Source: Candidatus Omnitrophota bacterium (GTDB taxonomy: Bacteria > Omnitrophota > Gorgyraeia > Zapsychrales > Zapsychraceae). Taken from it: a stretch of DNA of 64,000 bases. The stretch is taken from contig JAJDCB010000029.1 in the NCBI GenBank assembly GCA_029261065.1, positions 15,448 to 79,447 on the forward strand, in the 5' to 3' direction. The notes below the pieces were generated by a model, which was not told the DNA's origin, did no database searches, and saw only the letters and a program-made list of their open reading frames with translations. The position numbers were made by a program, and so were the translations under genes. Each line of letters begins with the position of its first letter. Position 1 is the stretch's first letter. Positions 55,159 to 64,000 of this stretch are shown in pieces.

Positions 55159-55761
55159 ATGAGTAAGATGTTGAAGTTATTACTAAAGACAAACAAAGAG
55201 ACGCAGATAGAGAAGAAAGATGCTCTTGTTTTAAATGAGGGTGCCGTGACTATCGCTCAGGCATCGTTGCAATCTAAAGGGTATTCTATAAATCATATTT
55301 CTTTTGTTTTTAATATTTTTATTGCGCTCATTGTTTTGCTGACATTTAAATCTAATTATCGCATTTTAGAACAATTATCTTCAAATCAGATTTCAGCATC
55401 ACAGATGCATGAAAACATTGCTTATCAAAAATCACAAATATTAAAAATGGAATCGAATCTTTTGGGGTTTGAAAATGAGAAAAAGACTAGTCAAAGAAGT
55501 ACAAATTTACGAATATCAGCTTTGAATGAAAAAGAAAAGATAATTGAAAATAATTTGAAAAATTTATCAAAGGACCAACGATTGACTAAAGATACAGCCA
55601 TGAATTTGAAATTATCCAATCAATTGCTGGTTACTAAGCTAACATCTGTAAATCAAGAACTTAAAGCATTAAGTCAAACATATGATGAGCAACAGGGAAG
55701 CCTTGAGCAATTGCATAAAAGGTTAACTCGATTGAGTGAGTCTAAGGAGGAGTTAGAATAA
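55159..55761 (+). CDS. Single-TM coiled-coil protein
   Basis: One hydrophobic segment then long heptad repeats; TAATG overlap with the kinase gene. Confidence 0.7.
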   Translation: MSKMLKLLLKTNKETQIEKKDALVLNEGAVTIAQASLQSKGYSINHISFVFNIFIALIVLLTFKSNYRILEQLSSNQISASQMHENIAYQKSQILKMESNLLGFENEKKTSQRSTNLRISALNEKEKIIENNLKNLSKDQRLTKDTAMNLKLSNQLLVTKLTSVNQELKALSQTYDEQQGSLEQLHKRLTRLSESKEELE

Positions 55762-56549
55762 TGGGTAAAATAACTAAGGCACTAAAAAAGGCAACAGAAG
55801 ATAGGCTAGGGCGAATTGAAAAAATTACAAAAATAAAAGAAAGAGATCAACTCATTGTTAAAAAGATTGGTGAATCCGAAATTGATCCTAATATTGTTTC
55901 TTATTTTGATCCTAAAGCGCTAATATCAGAGCAATATAAAATATTAAGAACAAACATTCTTTCGATGAATAAGGGTAGACCTCCTAGAACTCTTGTTATC
56001 ACAAGTTCGATTCACTCTGAAGGAAAAACGGTGACATCGTTAAATTTGGCTTTCTCACTTGCTCAAGCGGTTCATAAACCTCGTGTCCTTTTGGTAGATG
56101 CGGATATGAGAAAGGGAAAGGTGTCAAGGTACTTAGGTGTAGATAATAAAGAAGGTTTATCTGAAGTCTTAAGTGGACAGCGTAAAGCGAGTGAAACATT
56201 ATTTCATATAGCAGATCAACCAAACTTAACATTTATGGATTCGGGATCAGTTCCTGAAAATCCATCAGAGTTACTTTCTTCAAATGAAATGAAAGAATTT
56301 ATCACAGAGATGGAATCAAACTATGATCATATACTTATAGATACACCACCCATTATTTCTGTAACTGACTCAGGCATTGTTGGAGCGATGGTTGATGGTG
56401 TCATTATGGTCATTCAAGCGGGACGTACTCAACGCGGTATTGTTAAACGAGCTGAAGAGCTTTTGTTTCAAGCGCATTCAAAAGTATTGGGACATGTATT
56501 AACAAACATTGAGTATCATTTACCTGAATATATATACAGGTACCTATAA
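55761..56549 (+). CDS. CpsD/CapB family bacterial tyrosine kinase
   Basis: EQYKILRTN, EGKT, LVDADMR, IDTPP, Tyr-rich tail EYHLPEYIYRYL. Confidence 0.92.
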   Translation: MGKITKALKKATEDRLGRIEKITKIKERDQLIVKKIGESEIDPNIVSYFDPKALISEQYKILRTNILSMNKGRPPRTLVITSSIHSEGKTVTSLNLAFSLAQAVHKPRVLLVDADMRKGKVSRYLGVDNKEGLSEVLSGQRKASETLFHIADQPNLTFMDSGSVPENPSELLSSNEMKEFITEMESNYDHILIDTPPIISVTDSGIVGAMVDGVIMVIQAGRTQRGIVKRAEELLFQAHSKVLGHVLTNIEYHLPEYIYRYL

Positions 56550-56713
56550 TATTGGAATTGCTGGTCATAATTTTAGATATTATGATCAAAAAGCTCCCAG
56601 AGTTTATAGGAACTGACATTTTGCTCAACTAAGAGATTTTACTAGAGCCTTAATGTTGGGGACAAAAACTCTGGGATTTTTGTAAATACAAGTAAAAGAA
56701 AGGAAGAGGAAAA

Positions 56714-57667
56714 ATGAAGAAGTTTTTAATTGCAGGTGGAGCAGGATTTATTGGGTCAAATATTGCAGAGTATCTTATAAAGGAAGGACATTATGTTAGA
56801 GTCTTAGATAATTTCTTTTCAGGTAAAGAAGAGAATCTTGATTTTGCTAAAGGTCTAGGAAAAGATAAATTTGAGCTTATTCGAGGTGACATTCGGGATA
56901 TAGATGCTTGTGAGAAAGCGTGTGAAGGTATTGATTATATTTCTCTTCAAGCTGCGTTACGTTCAGTACCTCAATCAATGGTTAATCCAGAAGATTATAA
57001 TGATGTGAACATCAATGGTGTTTTAACGATGTTAAAAGCAGCCTCTAAGAAGAAGGTGAAACGTCTTGTGTTTGCCTCTTCAAGTTCTGTTTATGGAGAT
57101 ACAGATAAGTTTCCACAAGTCGAATCTCATTATCCTCTTTTGATTTCTCCTTATGCGTTAAGTAAATTAGCAGGCGAGTACTATTGCCGTATTTTTTCAG
57201 AGCATTTTAATGTGGAAACAGTCTGTTTAAGATATTTTAACGTTTTTGGTCCTAAACAAGCATTAGATGATGAATATGCCGTTGTTGTGCCAAAGTTTAC
57301 ACACAGTATTTTAAACGATGAAAAACCACCCGTATTTGGAAATGGTGAACAATCACGGGATTTTACTTTTATTGAGAATGTTGTGTCAGCTAATGTTCTC
57401 GCAGCAACAACTCCCGGCATTAAACATGAAGTGTTTAATGTGGCAAATGGAAAAGACACATCAATTTTAGAACTCATCGCATCTTTAAATAAAATTATTG
57501 GAAAAAATATAGAGCCAAATTTGTTGCCGGTTCGTGCAGGTGATGTTTTTAAAACGCATGCTGATATTTCCAAGATTCAAGAAAAGCTTGGGTTTAAGGT
57601 TTTGTTTAATTTTGAGGAAGGCTTAGAGAAGACAGTAGCTTATTTTAAAGAAGCATTTGGAAAATAA
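56714..57667 (+). CDS. NAD-dependent UDP-sugar epimerase (WbpP/GalE-like)
   Basis: GGAGFIG, ASSSSVYG, YALSK, RYFNVFGP. Confidence 0.92.
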   Translation: MKKFLIAGGAGFIGSNIAEYLIKEGHYVRVLDNFFSGKEENLDFAKGLGKDKFELIRGDIRDIDACEKACEGIDYISLQAALRSVPQSMVNPEDYNDVNINGVLTMLKAASKKKVKRLVFASSSSVYGDTDKFPQVESHYPLLISPYALSKLAGEYYCRIFSEHFNVETVCLRYFNVFGPKQALDDEYAVVVPKFTHSILNDEKPPVFGNGEQSRDFTFIENVVSANVLAATTPGIKHEVFNVANGKDTSILELIASLNKIIGKNIEPNLLPVRAGDVFKTHADISKIQEKLGFKVLFNFEEGLEKTVAYFKEAFGK

Positions 57668-58715
57668 AAAGCTATTGATTCATAAAACAAAAATGCAAGG
57701 CATGAAATCATTTATCAAATTGTGTGTTTGTTATGTGCTTTTTTATTCAGGAGCCATGCATTTATATATAAAAGGTGTCCTGTTAAAAAGAAATCGGTTT
57801 CCTGCTCTTATCATAAACTATCATAGCTTTGTAAAGAGTTTAGAGAACGTGATGGAGACACATCCAACAGTCACACATTTGATAGATGACTTTGAAAAAG
57901 AAGTCATCTTTCTTAAAAAATATTTTGATATTGTGTCTTTAAGTGAAGTTGTAGATACATTAAAAGAAGAAAAAGTGTTTTTAAAACCGACCATTGTCAT
58001 TACGGTTGATGACGGCTTTAAAGATAACTTTGATTTGCTTTTTCCTGTTTTAGAAAAACACAATATTTCTGTAACGATCTTTCTCTCAACTGGGGTTATT
58101 AATACGAATAAGCGATTGTGGGTTAATCGATTAGATCAAATGATTGGGCAAGCCAAAGGGGGAGAGCTTAATCTTAATAATTTGTTTAATAATCAGAGAT
58201 TTACGTTGCAGTCAGTAGATGAGAAACGAGAGGCCTATAAGCAAATAGTGGGTGCTTTAAAAGATGTCAAGATAGAACAGCGAGATGAAAGCCTTAAGGA
58301 CATTGAAAAACAGTTAGGTTCGCCTAATGAGAATAAGCCTTTAATGTTAAGTTGGGATGAGATAAAGCTGATGAATGAATCGCTTGTTGAGTTTGGAGCG
58401 CATACTGTTAACCATCCCATTTTAACAAGTGTATCTTTATCTGAAGCTCAGCAAGAAATATTTGATTCGAAGTTGGAAATTGAAAAACATCTTAAAAAAG
58501 AAGTTAAACATTTTGCCTTTCCAAATGGCCGGCCTCAGGATTTTTCGGAAGAATTAAGAGATTATTGCAAGGAAATAGGTTTTCAAAGTGTGAGTAGTTG
58601 TGATTTTGGAGTTAATATAAAAAAAGTTGATAATTTCAATCTTAAAAGAGTAGGATCTGAAGTTCCTATGAGTTTGTACGCGTTTAATGTTGTTCGTGTA
58701 TTTTCTAAAATTTGA
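57657..58715 (+). CDS. Polysaccharide deacetylase (CE4)
   Basis: ITVDDG, GAHTVNHP, FAFPNG. Confidence 0.9.
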   Translation: MENKKLLIHKTKMQGMKSFIKLCVCYVLFYSGAMHLYIKGVLLKRNRFPALIINYHSFVKSLENVMETHPTVTHLIDDFEKEVIFLKKYFDIVSLSEVVDTLKEEKVFLKPTIVITVDDGFKDNFDLLFPVLEKHNISVTIFLSTGVINTNKRLWVNRLDQMIGQAKGGELNLNNLFNNQRFTLQSVDEKREAYKQIVGALKDVKIEQRDESLKDIEKQLGSPNENKPLMLSWDEIKLMNESLVEFGAHTVNHPILTSVSLSEAQQEIFDSKLEIEKHLKKEVKHFAFPNGRPQDFSEELRDYCKEIGFQSVSSCDFGVNIKKVDNFNLKRVGSEVPMSLYAFNVVRVFSKI

Positions 58716-58731
58716 GTTTTAGGTTTTTACA

Positions 58732-61053
58732 ATGAATATAAAAAGTCAAAAAAATAATGTTAGTGCTGTTGTTTTAGGAATGGGTGTGAATGGTCTTGGA
58801 GTGGTGCGCAGTTTATCGAAGGAAGGGGTTAAAGTCTATGCCTTTGATGAAGATAGAAATCAACCAGCCATGGCCACTTCTTTAGCTGTCGTTAAAGAAT
58901 GTCCTGATGTTAAACATCAAGCTAAGGCATTATTAACGTTTTTGATAGAGTTTTCAAAATCAGAAGGTAACTGTCCTGTCCTATTTCCATGCACTGATGC
59001 TCATAATGAGTTTCTTCATCGTTATCGTGATCAACTCAAAGAATATTTTCGATTTATTAACTCTGAGGATGAGGTGATGAAGAAATTGTTAGATAAAAAT
59101 GGTCAATATCAATTAGCACAAGAACATAATGTCGCAACAGCTAAAACTTTTAGTCCAAAGTCCATTGAAGAGATAGATGCCATTTCAAAAAAAATACAAT
59201 TTCCTGTGATTATTAAGGGTTTAAATCCTATGCCATGGAGAGCCGTTTTTGGAGATCAAAAGGTAATTGTTATTAAAAACGCAAAAGAGTTAACAGATGA
59301 ATATCTAAAATTATTTAAAACAAATTTACATACGGTTATACAAGAGATAATTGTTGGAGATGATACGCGGCATTATAAATTTTGTGCCTACATTAATAAA
59401 GATGGAAAGGCTCTTTTAACTTTTACTCTTCAAAAAGTAAGACAATTTCCGTGTCATTTTGGAATCGGTTCCTGTGTCGTAAGTGTATTTGAACCTGAGG
59501 TTGCTGAGAAAGGATTGCAGTTTATGCGTGATATGGGCTATCGAGGCATCGGTTCCATTGAGTTTAAGCGAGATAAGAGGGATGAAAAATTAAAGATGAT
59601 TGAGCTCAATGCTCGATTATGGGCTCAAAATAGTTTAGCGACGGCCTGTGGTCAAAATTATCCATGGGTTGCTTATCGTGATTTAATCGGAGAAGAAGTG
59701 CCTTTGAGTTCAAAGTTTAAAGAAGGCATTAAATGGATTGCCTCTAAAGAAGATCGGGCTTCCTTTTATGGTTATTTTAGGGAAGGGTCGATGAGTTTTA
59801 AAACATGGTTTAAAAGTTTTTGTACAGGGAGGAGAGTTTGGTCCTTATTTAATTGGGATGATCCAATGCCATTTTTAAAAGAGACTAAATTTGGATTTAT
59901 TGTGTTTATAAAGGTATTTAAAAAATTTATTGGGGTCTTTAACCAAAAGCAAACGAACAAAATAAATCAATTTGGAAATCTACATTTGCATGTGATTCAA
60001 GGTTGGGATGAGTTTTTTAGTTTACGTAAAGAATGGAATGATATTTTAGACAACAATCACATCTCAAATCCTTTTATAAGACATGAATGGTTATGTTCAT
60101 GGTGGAAAGGTTATGGGGCAGAGAAAAAAATGTACATTGTTAAATTTAGCGAAAATGGTCGAACTTTAGGTTTTGCGCCATTGATGAGATATAAAACAAA
60201 ATTATGCTCTTTTCCAACAGAAGCACTTGGATTTATTTCGAATCATTGGACTAGGATGGACTTTGTTATTGCTGATAAAGCTAAAGAATGCATGGAAAGT
60301 TTAGCTGAGCACATTAAATCTGAAAAATATATATGTATATTAGCTCAAATGGATTGCGAGGGTGAAAATGTTAATGTTTTGGAAAAGCAGCTAAAGAAAA
60401 ATAGAATTTCTTTTACTAAAGATGAAAAATTGCATGCTTATATTCCTGTAAAAGGGGCTTGGCGTGAATACTTTCAAAGTCAATCATCTAATTTTAGGAT
60501 GGATTCCAATAGGAAAATTAAACGATTAGAAAAGCAGGGTGAGATTGTTTTCTCAAGAGGGTTATCAAAAAATGGAACTTCTGTAGATAAAATAAGAGAA
60601 GTTGCTCAAAATTCTTGGCAATCAAGAGATAACGTGAATATCGTAACGACACCAGAAGGGCGCGTTTTTTATGATGAGATTATTAAGCAGTGGAAAGGCG
60701 AAGGTAGGCTTGATTTTTCTATTCTTGAAGTTGATGGAAAACCAATTTCCTATTTAGTAGGTGTGGAAAATGAAGGTTGCTACTATGCATTTGATACCGC
60801 GTATGATAAAGAGTTTCAGAAATTTTCTCCAGGACTAATTATGCATAATCATATTCTTAAGAATACATTTGATAAGGGCTTGAAAAAATTTGATTTTGGC
60901 TATAACGCTAGTTATAAAAAGCGTTGGTCAGAAGAACAAATAGAGATGTTAGACATAACTGTTTTTCCTAAGACATTGGGAGGACAGTTTTTTTTAATTT
61001 TGAATACAATAAAAAGATTTATTAAACGAAGAAAGGAAGAACGTATATGTTAA
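58732..61053 (+). CDS. ATP-grasp ligase (D-aspartate ligase-like) fused to a CelD/BcsL-type GNAT domain
   Basis: GLGVVRSL, LFPCTD, FPVIIK, QEII.G, EFKRD.RD...IELNAR; then EWN...PF..HEW...WW, YD.EF.KFSPG, FDFG...YKKRW. Confidence 0.85.
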   Translation: MNIKSQKNNVSAVVLGMGVNGLGVVRSLSKEGVKVYAFDEDRNQPAMATSLAVVKECPDVKHQAKALLTFLIEFSKSEGNCPVLFPCTDAHNEFLHRYRDQLKEYFRFINSEDEVMKKLLDKNGQYQLAQEHNVATAKTFSPKSIEEIDAISKKIQFPVIIKGLNPMPWRAVFGDQKVIVIKNAKELTDEYLKLFKTNLHTVIQEIIVGDDTRHYKFCAYINKDGKALLTFTLQKVRQFPCHFGIGSCVVSVFEPEVAEKGLQFMRDMGYRGIGSIEFKRDKRDEKLKMIELNARLWAQNSLATACGQNYPWVAYRDLIGEEVPLSSKFKEGIKWIASKEDRASFYGYFREGSMSFKTWFKSFCTGRRVWSLFNWDDPMPFLKETKFGFIVFIKVFKKFIGVFNQKQTNKINQFGNLHLHVIQGWDEFFSLRKEWNDILDNNHISNPFIRHEWLCSWWKGYGAEKKMYIVKFSENGRTLGFAPLMRYKTKLCSFPTEALGFISNHWTRMDFVIADKAKECMESLAEHIKSEKYICILAQMDCEGENVNVLEKQLKKNRISFTKDEKLHAYIPVKGAWREYFQSQSSNFRMDSNRKIKRLEKQGEIVFSRGLSKNGTSVDKIREVAQNSWQSRDNVNIVTTPEGRVFYDEIIKQWKGEGRLDFSILEVDGKPISYLVGVENEGCYYAFDTAYDKEFQKFSPGLIMHNHILKNTFDKGLKKFDFGYNASYKKRWSEEQIEMLDITVFPKTLGGQFFLILNTIKRFIKRRKEERIC

Positions 61054-61823
61054 TGCCATTATTTAAATATCGAGATTTATTAGCAATGCTTGTGGTGCGT
61101 GATATACGCGTGAGATATAAGCAGGCGGCGATGGGGTTTATGTGGGCCATTTTTATGCCTATGGTTGCTGTGTTAGCAGGTATTATCGTAAAAAAGGCAA
61201 TGGCCGTTATCTCGGGAGGTGATTTAGAACTTTTAGGAATTGTTTCTATGTCGGTTAAGATATTGCCATGGACATTTTTCTCAAGTGCTATTCGTTTTTC
61301 AGTTTCAAGTTTGGTGTCTAACAGTAATCTTGTTACCAAAATATATTTTCCAAGAGAGGTTCTTCCCTTAGGAGCGATCTTGGCTTGTACGTTTGATTTT
61401 CTAGTAGCTATTTTAGTTCTTTGTGTCCTTTTAACGATGGCACAGGTTGGTGTGAGTATACAGCTCTTGTGGTTGCCTTTTATCTTTCTTATGCTGTTTT
61501 GTTTAACAGCGGGATTAGGGTTTTTGTTGGCCGCGGCTAACTTGTTTTTTAGGGATGTAAAATATATTGTTGAGATCATTTTAACGTTTGGTATCTTTTT
61601 TACTCCTGTATTTTATAGCTCGGATGAATTAGGGCAATACGGTATATTTATGTTACTCAATCCCATTGGAAGTATATTAGAATCAATTAGTCAAGTTGTT
61701 GTCCTTAAGCAAGCTCCAGATATGTTGTGGCTTTTATATTCTTCTGTTTGTTCGATAGCCATATTTATTTTTGGGTTTATTATTTTTAAAAAGAAAGAAT
61801 CTGTATTCGCTGAGAATATTTAA
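61047..61823 (+). CDS. wzm: ABC-2 polysaccharide exporter permease (Wzm)
   Basis: RDIRVRYKQ..MG..W, KIYFPRE, FRDV, TPVFY, LNP. Confidence 0.92.
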   Translation: MLMPLFKYRDLLAMLVVRDIRVRYKQAAMGFMWAIFMPMVAVLAGIIVKKAMAVISGGDLELLGIVSMSVKILPWTFFSSAIRFSVSSLVSNSNLVTKIYFPREVLPLGAILACTFDFLVAILVLCVLLTMAQVGVSIQLLWLPFIFLMLFCLTAGLGFLLAAANLFFRDVKYIVEIILTFGIFFTPVFYSSDELGQYGIFMLLNPIGSILESISQVVVLKQAPDMLWLLYSSVCSIAIFIFGFIIFKKKESVFAENI

Positions 61824-61864
61824 ATACAACTATTTTGTAAATAAGAAAGAATGGAGTCGATTAT

Positions 61865-63109
61865 ATGAAATATGCAATAGAATTTAATCATGCATGGAAG
61901 AAGTTTAAAAAAGGGGAGAAATTTGATTCTCTTCGAGATGCCGTGCCGAACTTTTTTAAAAATATTATTAAACCAAAAAAATCTACTGAGGATTTAACTG
62001 ATCGTGAATTCTGGGCTGTGCGCGATGTCGATTTTCAGGTCAAAAAGGGAGAGGTTGTTGGGATTATTGGTCCAAATGGTGCTGGTAAAAGTACAATCTT
62101 AAAGATGCTCTCAGGGATCCTTATTCCTAATAAAGGTGACATGAAAATACACGGTCGGCTTTCTGCCCTTATTGAGGTAACAGCGGGATTTCACCCAGAA
62201 TTAACGGGTCGGGAAAATGTTTATCTCAATGGAACTATTTTGGGTATGAAGAAAAAGGAATTAGATGCCAAGTTTGAAGATATTGTTGAGTTCTCAGGCA
62301 TAAGAGAATTTATCGACACACCTGTTAAACGTTATTCTTCGGGGATGTATTCCCGTTTAGGTTTTTCCGTTGCGGCTCATGTTAATCCTGATGTATTGCT
62401 TGTTGATGAAGTTTTAGCCGTTGGTGACATCTCCTTTCAGGCGAAATGCGCACAAAAAATGCGTGAGATGTTAAAAAGTGGCGTCACAATTGCGATTGTT
62501 TCTCATAGCTTACCGCTGATTCAAAGTTTATGCGAACGTGTTATTTTAATTGATAAGGGGCAAGTGCTCAAGGAAGGAAGTCCAGAGGAAGTAATTCCGT
62601 TTTATGAAAAGATTGTTTTTAATCAACAAGAAGAAGAGCTTAAGAATAAACTAAAAAAATCGACCTTTAAGGTTGCACCAACAGACAATAAGCCTTTAAT
62701 TACCATTAATAAAGTTGATATAATTGATGGAAAAGGTGAATCAAAAGATGACTTTCCTTTTGGCTCAAATTTAACAATAAATGTGGAATATAATGCCGAT
62801 AAGAAAATTGAAAAACCAGTATTCTCTTTAGTCCTTTTTCGCTCAGATGGCGTTGTATGTTTTGAATCTGATACAAAACGCAGAGGGGTGTCTGTTGAAA
62901 GTATTGAAGGAAAGGGTAAATATATTGCCCAATTAGGTGAGCTTAAGTTGTCACCTGGAATTTATATTCTTCAGCTATCTATTCTTGATAGAGATTTGGT
63001 CCATCCGTATGTCATTAGGAAAGAAGATGTTTTTAAAATTGAAACAGACAGTGTTCACAAACAAACATCCTCCGTGTTTTGGAAGGATGTTGAGTGGAGA
63101 ATGAATTAA
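61865..63109 (+). CDS. wzt: ABC polysaccharide exporter ATPase with C-terminal Wzt domain
   Basis: GPNGAGKST, GFHPELTGREN, YSSGM, DEVLAVGD, VSH. Confidence 0.93.
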   Translation: MKYAIEFNHAWKKFKKGEKFDSLRDAVPNFFKNIIKPKKSTEDLTDREFWAVRDVDFQVKKGEVVGIIGPNGAGKSTILKMLSGILIPNKGDMKIHGRLSALIEVTAGFHPELTGRENVYLNGTILGMKKKELDAKFEDIVEFSGIREFIDTPVKRYSSGMYSRLGFSVAAHVNPDVLLVDEVLAVGDISFQAKCAQKMREMLKSGVTIAIVSHSLPLIQSLCERVILIDKGQVLKEGSPEEVIPFYEKIVFNQQEEELKNKLKKSTFKVAPTDNKPLITINKVDIIDGKGESKDDFPFGSNLTINVEYNADKKIEKPVFSLVLFRSDGVVCFESDTKRRGVSVESIEGKGKYIAQLGELKLSPGIYILQLSILDRDLVHPYVIRKEDVFKIETDSVHKQTSSVFWKDVEWRMN

Positions 63110-63122
63110 GAAAGTAAGTCTT

Positions 63123-64000
63123 ATGCATAAAGTTAAATATATTCATCATCATATCAAGCATCATTCAAATCATTCGGGTTACAATCGAATTTTGGATTAT
63201 GTGGATAATGATTTTAAAAGAGATGGTTTTGTTGAGAAAATATATCGAAAAATTCCCTACAAGGTTAAAGATATATTTTTAAAGAAATCGCAGGTGAAAT
63301 GGTATAACGTTGAGCGATTATTAAATGAAACAATAGTAATGAGTAAGGGACTAGGTTTATCAAAAGAGGTATACCATTTTCTTTATGGTGATGATTCTTA
63401 TTGTTTTTCAGGTATGACACCTCGACTTTCAAATAAGAAGTTGGTTGCCACTTTTCATCAGCCACCAAAGTTGTTTGATGAATTTATAAAGCGTAAAAAT
63501 CATATTCAAGCTCTAGATGCTGTCATTGTAGTTGGTTCGAACTTAAAGGAACATCTTCAAAAGATTACGGGTAAAGATAATGTCTATGTTGTTCCTCATG
63601 GTATAGATTTAGAGTTTTTTAAACCTCTAGAAGATGAAAATCGTTTTAAGGAAAAGAGATGTTTGTTTGTTGGACAATGGCTAAGGGATTTTGAGACGTT
63701 AGTTAGGGTTATTGAGATTGTTAACAAGAATTCTTTAGATGTTCATTTTGATGTTGTTAGCTTTGAAGATAAAAAATCACATTTTGAAAATTTTAACAAT
63801 GTCACATTTTATTCATCTACTGAAGAGTCAAAACTATTAGAACTTTATCAGAAAGCCTCTTTACTCGTATTGCCATTAACCGATTGTACGGCCAATAATT
63901 CTGTTTTAGAAGCCATGGCTTGTGGATTGCCCATTTTGACAACAAGAGTGGGTGGGGTTATGGATTATGTGGATGAACATTGTGCAGCCCTTACTGATCC
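63123..64000 (+). CDS. Glycosyltransferase family 4 (3'-partial), absent from the ORF track
   Basis: Frame from ATG 63123 stays open to the window end: MHKVKYIHHH...VPHGID...FVGQWLRD...ANNSVLEAMACGLPILTTRVGG. Confidence 0.85.
   Translation, partial: MHKVKYIHHHIKHHSNHSGYNRILDYVDNDFKRDGFVEKIYRKIPYKVKDIFLKKSQVKWYNVERLLNETIVMSKGLGLSKEVYHFLYGDDSYCFSGMTPRLSNKKLVATFHQPPKLFDEFIKRKNHIQALDAVIVVGSNLKEHLQKITGKDNVYVVPHGIDLEFFKPLEDENRFKEKRCLFVGQWLRDFETLVRVIEIVNKNSLDVHFDVVSFEDKKSHFENFNNVTFYSSTEESKLLELYQKASLLVLPLTDCTANNSVLEAMACGLPILTTRVGGVMDYVDEHCAALTD

Noticed and set aside
694-63468. Many short antisense or alternate-frame ORFs in the track (e.g. 694-990, 4623-4871, 24585-24887, 57181-57573, 61022-61579, 63265-63468)
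   Set aside because: They overlap well-supported genes and have no motifs of their own; 63265-63468 is antisense to the partial GT4.

Overview
Bacterial chromosomal window with low GC (mid-30s % by eye), gene-dense and mostly on the + strand. The gene repertoire suggests a diderm PVC-superphylum organism such as Ca. Omnitrophota (inference only). In order: the tail of a respiratory cluster (diheme NapB-like cytochrome, tatA); tRNA-Lys(CTT); a pentose-phosphate operon (split tkt, tal, pgl) with an ArsS-like radical SAM gene inside it; a lipid/beta-oxidation cluster (PaaK-like ligase, thiolase, FadJ/FadB-type enzyme, acyl-CoA dehydrogenase, cNMP/ParA-like/patatin fusion); a tetrapyrrole operon with a HemC-CobA-HemD triple fusion whose HemC lacks domain 3; an organoarsenic (arsenosugar-type) cluster (GT2, GT87-like, DUF547, ArsM, TIGR04283-like GT, with a TIGR04282-like GT about 10 kb away coupled to a second radical SAM); signalling and glycosylation genes; and rpoN divergent from a large exopolysaccharide operon that carries a near-consensus sigma-54 promoter. 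No integrase, transposase, CRISPR array or rRNA was seen, but several REP/MITE-like palindromes lie between genes. Best leads: the dispersed organoarsenic system, the truncated-HemC fusion, the rpoN/EPS divergon, the deacetylase plus ATP-grasp/GNAT pair, and a 207-bp nested palindrome. All family calls come from motif recognition, not database searches.
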